Assembly (NCBI GenBank): GCA_965645245.1
Contig: OZ287067.1
Span: 2,046,001-2,110,000, forward strand
DNA from: Massalongia carnosa
Taxonomy: Eukaryota
Direction of reading: 5' to 3'
DNA length: 64,000 nucleotides
The translations under genes and the position numbers were made by a program. A model generated the notes under the pieces. It saw only the letters and a list, made by a program, of their open reading frames with translations. It did not search any database and was not told where the DNA came from. This document shows positions 26,419 to 36,822 of the stretch, piece by piece; within the stretch, counting starts at the first letter, position 1, and every line of letters starts with the position of its first letter.

Positions 26419-29400
26419 CATGGACGTCTTATGAGGAACACAAACTCTCTCTCCATACTACAGTATAACGTCAGAAATGACAGAGTGAGTACTATGTTAC
26501 CCCTCTTAGCAGACCCGAACACTCAGGATTATGACATTATCGCTATTCAAGAACCCTGGCGCAATCCCTTTGCTCCTACCACATTAAGCTCTCATCAAAG
26601 TGGATTTCACCTATTATATCGTCCAAATGGAGATATAAGAGTATGTTTCTACATCAACGACTCAATTGATCCCGATAGTTGGGAAGTAGAATTCCCGTCG
26701 GCAGACATGTGCACCCTAATAATACGCACAAAAATTGGAGAAACAGCAGAAGTGATTCACGTTCATAACGTGTACAATCCTTCCCCCGCTTCCTATTCCT
26801 CTATAGACAGTCCGTCAACTTTACCGATTGTAAAACGTCAGTTAACGACAGGATCAGATCACATTTTGTTAGGCGACTTCAACCTACATCATCCCCTTTG
26901 GAACGATCCGTCCAGAACAACGCAACATGCGGGCGCAGATCAACTGTTAAATATAATTGAAGAGTCCAGTCTATCACTAACGCTACCAAAAGGCACTATC
27001 ACATGGGAGGCTAGACAATCGTTCAGCACAATCGACCTTGTATTCATGTCGGAGAATCTAACCGAAAGATTAGAACATTGCATGTCAAGACTTGAACTCA
27101 ATCAGTCATCTGATCACATACCAATCTCGACCCGAATAACACTTGACAGTGAGCCTCAAACAATCATCGAGCGTAGGGCATGGAAGTTATTGAACATGGA
27201 AAAATTGAGGGAAGCTGAAAAACAGGCTCCCCCCATTACTACCCCACGTTCTCACGCCGAAATTGACGCGTAAACCGTATCGATCCAAAAATTCCTTCAA
27301 GAAGTCATAAATGCCGCCGTTCCATGGCCAGACCTAGTAAGTACGCTAAACCCTTTTGGAATGATGATTGCAGTGTAATTACGAAAGAAACACGCAGGCT
27401 CAGACGAGTCTGGACCAATTCCAGAGACCTCTCAGACTGGATAACATACACGAAGTCCAATCACAGAAAACAAAAGTTATTCAAAAAGCTAAAAGACTAT
27501 CGTTTCGCAAGGAAATAGAAAAAGCCACTGAATCATCCATGGGATTATGGCGACTAGCCAAATGGGCAAAAGACAAAAGTGAAAAGACAAGAGAACTTCC
27601 AAAAATGCCTAACCTCATCAAAGACGGCCAAATAGCATCCACATTCGAGGAAAAAACGGATATGCTTAAACAGAAACTCTTCCCACCCGCCCCTCCTGCT
27701 GACCTCAGCGATATAGAGGGCTCTTTCTATCCTAGCCCTCCCCACTGTCCCATAATCGTAACCAGATCGGAAGTGACAGAATCGATACGCCGACTCAAAC
27801 CCGACATGGCCCCTGGTCCGGACGGAATAGCCAACAGAATTGTCAAGGCGTGCTCCGAAAAGCTGTCCGATTTACTAACTCCTTTGTTTCAAGCATGCAT
27901 AGATCAGGCATATCATCCACGCACATTCAAGACCGCAAATACAATCACACTGAGAAAGATAGACAAAGACGACTATACGGCTCCGAACGCCTATCGCCCC
28001 ATAGCACTTCTGAACATGCTCGGCAAGGTTATGGAATCTATCATGTCCAAGAAAATTACTCACCTAGCGGAAACCCACAGACTCCTACCGGACACACAGA
28101 TGGGGGCCAGAAGAGGAAGATCAACCGAAACTGCTCTGGAATTGTTAACCGAACAAATTCACACAGTATGGGGACAAGGCAACGACAAAATAGCTACTCT
28201 GTTAAGCATGGACGTAGCAGGAGCGTATGATACAGTGTCACATCGACGTTTAATTCATAACCTGCGCAAACGAAAAATCCCAAATCGGATTACTGACTGG
28301 GTAGACAGTTTTTTAAACGGAAGGAGCACCACGCTAGCAATACATAGCCGAGTCACCGGCATATTCGAAGTACGAACTGGAATACCACAAGGCTCTCCTA
28401 TTTCTCCTATCCTTTATCTATTCTATAACGCAGACCTGTTAGACATATGTGAAAGACCCGGAACAAACACGAGCGCCTTAGGTTTCGTAGACGACATAAA
28501 CGTACTAGCATATGGGAAAAGCACGGAAGAAAACTGCAAAATGCTGGAGGAAATTCACAAGAAATGCGAAAAATGGGCTATTCGACACGGATCAGTTTTT
28601 GCACCGAAAAAGTACGAACTGATACACTTGTCAAGAAATCCGAAGAAATTCAACATGTCTACTGTCGTTAGAATAGAAAACAGCATCATAGAACCAAAAA
28701 CGGACATTAGAATCTTGGGACTTCGTATCGACACAAAATTGAAATGGGGTCCGCACGTCAGAAAGATCCAGGAAAAATTGACAAAACAATCCAAGGCACT
28801 GACAAAAATTTCTACCTCCACATGGGGCGCCACCTTTCCAAAAGCCCGCCAAGTATACACCGCCGTAGTCCGTCCGGCCATGACGTATGGTTCTACCATA
28901 TGGCACACGCCAAAGGAAATAAAAAAATCGAACGGCATCTCAAACAAGCTAGCTGTCATACAGAATAAATGCTTACGAACTATAGCTGGGGCATTTAAGG
29001 CGACTCCCATACCGGTACTGGAGCGGAAACGTATATAGCCCCAATTGATATACATCTAGATCAACTTCAGGCTCAGGCTAGATATCGCTTATGTCAGGGA
29101 GGTCAAAAGAAATTCATCATCAATGCATGCAACTCCATTGCAAACAAACTCAGAGGACGGGCTGGAAGAAAGCGAGCTCCTGCGAGTACTCCGGGAACGC
29201 TGAAATATGCATGGGCCAAGAAAATAACATCGGACACACAGAAAAGCCTGATGCCGGTAGCGAACCCACCATGGGCCGAAACCCCCCCAAATACAGCTCG
29301 AGACATCCAAGAAGCGCGTGCCGTTCAAGGCAAAATAATCGCAAAAATAAAACAACGACATACAGACGCATGCCAGACCTCTTGGAAATCATATCAGAAC

Positions 29401-30011
29401 CTCACATCTACGCCTACTCCAGCACAAGCAGCCCCACTCACAAAAACACGCATCAAATTACACGAAACTCTAGCCAAAGCAGAAAGCGCTCTATCAATTC
29501 AGATACGCTCAGAAAAGATAGGTCTAGCCGACTTCCTATTTAGACGTCGCGTTCCCGACGTCTTGACACCGAAGTGTCCATGTGGCTGGCCAAAACAAAC
29601 CGCGAAACATGTAATCATGTTTTGCAAACTCAACAGTAACAGACGTTCAATGTTACGCTCCATAGGAACAAATAATTATAGACTCATTACTGACTCATCC
29701 AGAGCGATGAAACTAGTTACCGCTTGGTTAATGAAGACCGGCTTACTAACCCAGTTCTCACTGGCAGCACAGCATTTATATCATTGACAATTGGCGATTA
29801 AATACGTCGATTCTTTTCTTTAACTTTTCATCGGTCAACTGTTCTTTAGGAAGATCTCTCGACGGAGACTCGGAGAGTATTCGTAGAAGTATCGGATTAC
29901 TTGGTTTTTCTTCCTCAAAAGGTTTTCCATGTATTATATAATCCCATAGACTTGCCCGCATGGGCGGCCTTCGGCCGGTACCACATCGGAATAAGAATTA
30001 TCATCATCATC
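26419..30011 (+). mobile_element. 5'-truncated Tad1-like non-LTR retrotransposon (LINE), ORF2 disrupted
   Basis: APE endonuclease (ILQYN, IAIQEPW, LLGDFNLHH, SDHIPI), RT (APGPDGI, YRPIALLN, GIPQGSPISP, FVDD) and C-terminal CPCG...H...C. (ATC)n tail; 13-bp TSD atcgtttgaaaac at 26406-26418 and 30012-30024. Stop at 27271 and frameshifts near 27475 and 29030. Confidence 0.95.
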
Positions 30012-30302
30012 ATCGTTTGAAAACATAGCACTCCAAATTAAGGTGGAATGTTTCGCTTCTTTTCGCTCCTCGTGTGCTTCAGTTATATATTACGTATTCA
30101 ATGATTATTTCCAAGAATTCATGGTGGCTGGAAGAGCTGAAAATTCTACATGTTCTTGCTAACGCGTTCCAAGCTGACAGCTGGCGGGATTCTTGGAGGG
30201 AGGATATTTACTCACAGTAAGGTATTATGTCTGGATACAACTGTGCACAATGTTGAAAGTTTAGCTCTAATCTTAGCCTTCACATACACATATTCACAAT
30301 AT

Positions 30303-30337
30303 GATGATGATGATGATGATGATGATTCTTATTCCGA
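30303..30337 (-). mobile_element. 35-bp, extremely 5'-truncated copy of the LINE 3' end
   Basis: Reverse complement tcggaataaga(atc)8 matches the LINE terminus at 29986-30014; flanked by a 13-bp TSD atattcacaatat (30290-30302 and 30338-30350). Confidence 0.9.
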
Positions 30338-31273
30338 ATATTCACAATATAACAGGCGCGGAAAAGCTTCTTTTTTTATCAGCTTCGATGTCAAATATCT
30401 TCCGGGGTTTATTCTTATAGTGACGTTCATCCTCAACGGTGTTGGAGGGTTGAAGATACGATTTACAGATTGTTGGCAGCCCATATGTAGGACTTTCTCA
30501 CCCGTCTCTATCCAAAGTTCGGTGGCGGGAAGAATTATCTTCAAACGCCAGCGTTCTTTAAGTAGTGAACTAGACCAAAAGGGCTCAACATTCAAGTCAA
30601 GAAGTACGGCACCGCGTATAGGCCCGTGGAGGAAGAATCAAGTTTTGGCTTATCGAGCGGATTCAGCTTAGACAAACTTTGGGGCAGCAAAAGCAGTTCC
30701 GATGCATGGGTCGCTAGAGGGCAAAGTCGACGTCTTGGATAAACTAACTAACAAGTTTTCTTGACAGACTTGACCCACATCTTAGAACCTTCTTTCTTTG
30801 GAGCCAATGCTCCACCGTCACCCGTTTTCCCTATCACTCTTTATCCCTGCTGCGCAGGCTTGAGAGTAGAGGTCAACGGTTGAGTCTTCCAGGAGTATGG
30901 CTCTTGTTGAGCAGTTTTATACTGATAAAAGGTACATGAAGTTAAATCAGTTATTGAGTGGAGAATTCAGGCCTCCTACTGACCTGTTGAGTTTATTTAG
31001 ATAGTTTAACACATTCCCCTTTTTTCAATAGCATAACAAAGCAAAACGAATTAATAATGAGTGCCTACGTACGTAGCCAAAATGAAAGTTGAGATGAAAT
31101 AAAGCTTGAAGCTACCTTGTTCTAAAATGAAGCTTTGAAAACTTCGACCAGTTGGCTGAAGCGTTACTTATCGAAGTATACGAATAAGAGGTGTAGGAAA
31201 ACGACAATCAAGGCATCCTTTGAAAGACTTGGAGCGGCGCTGATAGCACATTTTGGTTCTCCATTCCCAATAG

Positions 31274-32651
<1,378 letters not shown>

Positions 32652-32782
32652 GGTTAACAGCGTTCTCTCCCGTACCGTGTAGCTACCTATACTTTCCGCC
32701 TTTGTTGTGGATCTGAACCCCCATTGCTACTATTCCCGACCACCAATCACCCTCATCTCCACCCCAGCCCCAGTTATGTATC

Positions 32783-33249
32783 TCACTGAATGTACCACCC
32801 CCACTGCCGAACCATCCAAGCCAAACTCCCCGTACTCACCATCACCGGGCCTGCCAACCCAGCCCCCCACCTCGTACTTCCAAAAACTAGCCACTCACTC
32901 GCGAAATGAGTGAACGCAATTCCATAGGTCCACAGCGCCAGCTGATACGCAACTGGGTTGTCGATATGGTACGCGGCGTAGAACCGCACGACGGCAGACA
33001 AGAATGTCCAGGTGCCGAAGGTTCGCGCTGAGAGGGCATTCACGGGCCGCGCAGGCGAGGAGTAGACCTGCGCGGTGTAGGTTAGGGTTAGGTAGGATTG
33101 AACACTGTTGAGGACGGAGACAAGGGAGACCTGGAGGAGAAAAATGTTAGATTGAGTAGTTCGGGGGAAGGGAGAGGGTGGGGAAAGCGGACGAGAGTGA
33201 GCCAGTATGGAAGGAGCCCTCTGTCGCTAGGGGGAAGATAGGAGGCCAT
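32783..33249 (-). CDS. ERG28: Ergosterol biosynthesis protein Erg28 (2 exons)
   Basis: MASYLPP...LLPYW, then LSARTFGTWTFLSAVVRFYAAY...HFASEWLVF. Confidence 0.92.
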
Positions 33250-33324
33250 GATGATGGAGCGATGCAATGTTTATGGAAAGATTTCCAAACTTTCGGAGAA
33301 TATCGAGTAAAATTTGTAAATAAG

Positions 33325-33333
33325 TATATAAAA
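33325..33333 (+). promoter_or_regulatory. TATA element about 30 bp upstream of the tRNA
   Basis: tatataaaa at -33 to -25 relative to tRNA position 1. Confidence 0.5.
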
Positions 33334-33357
33334 CTATGAGATCGTGATTTGAAGTAC

Positions 33358-33524
33358 GGAAAGGTGGCCGAGCGGTCTAAGGCGTGCGACGTGAGTGTCT
33401 TCTCCCTCCTGCAATATCCTCTTGATTACTAAATCTTTAATAGTCAAGCTCTAAGCTTCAGCTGTTCAGCAGTTTGATTATTCGCATATCGAAAGATGCA
33501 GGGGTTCGAATCCCCTCCTTTTCA
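33358..33524 (+). tRNA. tRNA-Leu(CAA) with two introns: 53-nt GT-AG intron (33391-33443) and canonical 37/38 intron (33449-33480)
   Basis: Acceptor GGAAAGG/CCTTTTC plus A73; A-box TGGCCGAGCGGTCTAAGGC; anticodon stem TGCGA/TCGCA; loop C|TCAAG|T after removing both inserts; long variable arm TATCGAAAGATG; T-arm AGGGGTTCGAATCCCCT. Confidence 0.92.
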
Positions 33525-33544
33525 TTTTTCATTTTTCATTTTTG
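33525..33544 (+). terminator. RNA polymerase III terminator (T-runs)
   Basis: tttttcatttttcatttttt directly after the discriminator base. Confidence 0.8.
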
Positions 33545-33733
33545 ATTTGGCTCTCCAATGCTCTCCAAGTGAAGAGCAAATGTGGGGGTCGTTGAACCAC
33601 CGGTTCACACTTGCTCAAGCGATTTTGCTCAAGCGATTTGATCTTTGTGCGATTTCCTATTTTTCGTAACAAGTTGGGCTCGATCTTACTCTGCAGCCAT
33701 CCTGCCGATACTATCCTGCATCTTTAGACAGTC

Positions 33734-34906
33734 ATGGCGGATCTAAATTGCATTTTTCAAGCCTTGACTCTAGGTCTGGTGGGAGACCCGCATGCAGAAG
33801 CCAGCACCAGTCAGAAACCCCTTGTTGTCGTCTCCGCCCTAATCGGCCTCGTGTTCATTGCCTTCAAAATCCTCAGCTTCGTCCGTCTCCTCACTAGCCT
33901 CTTCATCCTCCCTGGAAAACCAGTATGTACTGTCCTCTCCATCTTGACCTCCCCAATGGCTTGAGCTCCCCCCCTCCCCTATAGTCTCTTACAATAGATT
34001 CCGCGCATGCTTATCCTCTTCCTCTCTAATAAAAAGCTCTCATCCTTCGGCCCCCCAAACTCGTGGGCCCTCGTCACCGGCGCCTCGGATGGCATCGGCA
34101 AAGAATTCGCCCTTCAACTCTCCCGCTACCATTTCTCCATTCTCCTCGTCTCCCGCACGCAATCAAAACTCGACGCCATTGCTGCCGAAATCCGTGCCCA
34201 CAAACCCTCTCTCACCACAAGAACCTTTGCGATCGATTTCGCCCACGCCACGCCCGCCGAATACGCGCGTCTCGCGACTACGATCCAGGAGCTCAAAATT
34301 GCCATTCTGATCAACAACGTCGGCGCCTCCCACGCCATCCCCGTCTCCTTCGCCGACACCCCTGAGCGGGAAATGGAAGACATCATCGCCATCAACACCC
34401 TCGCCACCCTGCGCGTCACACGCCTCGTCCTGCCCGGCATGCTAGCCCGTAAGTGCGGGCTGATTCTCACGATGGGATCTTTCGCAGGCCTGGTCCCTAC
34501 CCCGCTGTTGGCCACTTATAGCGGCTCCAAAGCCTTCCTGCAGCACTGGTCCAGCGCGCTCGGTGCCGAGTGCGAGCCTGCCGGCATCACCGTGCATCTG
34601 GTGCAGAGCTACCTCGTTGCGAGCGCCATGTCGAAGATTCGTCGAGCGAGCGCTACCGTGCCCGCGCCTAGGGAGTTCGTGAGGTGTGTGTTGAGAAAGG
34701 TGGGCCGCGCGGGTGGGGCGCAGGGATGGGCGTATACGGGTACGCCTTGGTGGACTCACGCTGTTGGGGAGTGGGCGGTAGGAGCCGTTGGGGGGTTTAC
34801 GGCCGGGTGGGTGGTGAGATGGAATCGCGGGATGCATGAAGAGATCCGCCGGCGGGCGATGAGGAAGAGGGAAAGGGAAGCGAGGGGTGGGAAAAAGGGG
34901 AATTAG
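33734..34906 (+). CDS. IFA38: Very-long-chain 3-oxoacyl-CoA reductase (SDR), 2 exons
   Basis: WALVTGASDGIGKEFA, LINNVG.SH.IP, LLATYSGSKAFL, SAMSKIRR; C-terminal KKGN. Confidence 0.92.
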
Positions 34907-35349
34907 GGGGGATTTGGCAGGATTGGAGGGATCAAGACAAAGGAGTGGGCAGGGAACTCCCACGTCTCTTTTGTTACTACATAGCTTGCCGGGGGGGGGG
35001 GGAATAGTTATTTTACAACTTACCGCATGATTGGGAGGAATTTATATACATCATTGAAAAGAAACCATCTGACTGGGAAACCACCCATACTAAACAAAGC
35101 CCACCTGCTTGCCACCGAACTATACCGGGTATCATTGATATCATAAAGCAGCAAAATTACCCCTTCCCACTCACCAGCTGCATACCATTCGCCAAATGCG
35201 TAAACGGAAACCTCCTCACCTATCCATTCTATGCGCACCTTTCTTCTTTCCCATTTTCATCATCCGATAGATGTAGCCAGTTCCCTCCTCCCACCCATGC
35301 GCCCCTCAACCGGTGGGGTCTGCCCTCACAATCACCATCACCATCACCA

Positions 35350-36822
35350 TCACCATTTTCGTTCCCGATATTTCATGCTCCCCCGTCCCTTGAACTTAAC
35401 TTCCGGCTCTCCTCCGCCGCCTTCCTCCAGTGCGGGGGCCAGACGTCCCTCCCCCCCAGCCCAGCTCCTTCCCAGTGCATTCCGGGCCCCTTCGTTGAAT
35501 TTGGCGTTGTGGATGCTGTTAATTGTGGATTTTCCGTTTCTGCGATCGCCAAGGTAGCCAGCGTTCCCCCTTTCCACGGAATGGTCTTCCCACCGGCTTG
35601 CCTTCCTTTCCTCTTCCTCCTTTGCCAGAGCTTGTTCATCACCCCATCGCTCTCTCCGCCCCGCCTTTTTTCTTCTTGGTGACCTCGACCTCGACCGCTG
35701 CTTCGATCGAGATCGGCGACGCCGGAGGTGCGGAGAATGGGCTTCCCCTCGAGAGCGCGAGCGAGAAGGGGGTAGACTACGCTTGCGACGGCGGGGATGG
35801 TAGTGGGAGGAGTGCGGGCCTTGAGACGGAGCCGTGGGCGATGGGGAGCGTGAGAGGCTGCGGCCGCGCCGGGTTTCGTCAATGGCAAAGTCGCTACGAC
35901 GGCGGGTTGGTTTGGTGGCTTTTTCATGAAACGGCGAGGACGAGTGGGGATTTTGGGAGGAGAGGGAGTGCCGTGATGGGGAGGGGTCGGCGGGCTTACG
36001 ACCTCGATCGTGTGGGGATCTGCGCTGCTGGGGAGATTTTGGTCCAAGGGAATGGGATTGAAGAGCTACTTCGACGTGTCCCTGGCTGTGGCGGTTGAGG
36101 CCAAGCTCGCCGCAGCAAGCGATGACGAGGTCTTCAAGCGGGCGGTCTTTGCCGTCGACAGGGACTTTAGACATTCGGGCAAGGGTTTCCTGACCGGATA
36201 CGATGTGCCCGAAAACAGCGTGTTTCACGTTCAGATGGGGACATGGTGCAAGCGTGATGAAGAATCTAGGCCGGCGTGAGTTTATTGGATTGTTGCTGGA
36301 TATATTTGTACATGGCAAATCGAGTGAACGAACTGAGATTGATCGACAGAATGGGAGACAGGATTGCTGGAAAGTGACTCACTGACTGCTATTCGTGCCT
36401 GGCCCTCTGTTCGCCATGCATACCAATCCCTCCTTATCGATTTGCCTCCATCCAATATTCTCATCCTCAAACCCCTCACCGTAGATACTTGCCCCGCCTG
36501 TGCCATCGCCCGCTGTGATGTCTCCGCCTTGGATCATGAAATCGTCAATCACGCGGTGGAAGAGCGAGAGCTTGTATGTCAATGGCCTCGAGGCAGACGG
36601 TGGGGTGAATGAAGATGTACATAGTGCACGGAAGCTAGTAGGTGAAGATAGCGTCAGCGAGGAGCTTACGAGGCAATAGAAGGAGAAGAAAGGGCGGGGG
36701 ACTTGCTTTTCACATGTTTTGGGTGCTTTGTCAACGAACAGCTCAACTACAACCCGTCCGTAGAACTCGGCACCCCATTGAATATCAAAGAACACCAATG
36801 GTCGAGATGGTGGTTCTGCCAT
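35350..36822 (-). CDS. Cyclophilin-type peptidyl-prolyl isomerase with RS-rich C-terminus (CYP-G/SRcyp-like)
   Basis: VFFDI...[58 protein letters not shown] repeats; ends [14 protein letters not shown]. Confidence 0.9.

Larger units (their letters stand above)
26050..30742 (+). pseudogene. Derlin (DFM1/DER1-like) pseudogene interrupted by two LINE insertions
   Basis: Remnants on both sides of the LINE: IPQVPLG*RLVSS upstream; LAGGILGG, ALILAFTYTYSQ, LLAAHM*DFLTRLYPKFGGGKNYLQTPAFL and an SHP-box-like RGQSRRLG* downstream. Several stops and frameshifts; 5' limit approximate. Confidence 0.7.

Noticed and set aside
26350..26430. N-terminal extension of the LINE endonuclease ORF
   Set aside because: Lies largely upstream of or across the TSD, i.e. 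host sequence that is open by chance; the ORF2 start is 26431.
30150..30671. 173-aa ORF with poly-Asp as a functional gene
   Set aside because: It reads through an intron, a retro-insertion and a frameshift of the Derlin pseudogene.
33081..33092. Telomere-like gttagggttagg
   Set aside because: Only two units and inside ERG28 coding sequence; chance.
35231..35557. ORF with a poly-His run
   Set aside because: Antisense to the cyclophilin 3' end; the run is a short CAY microsatellite.
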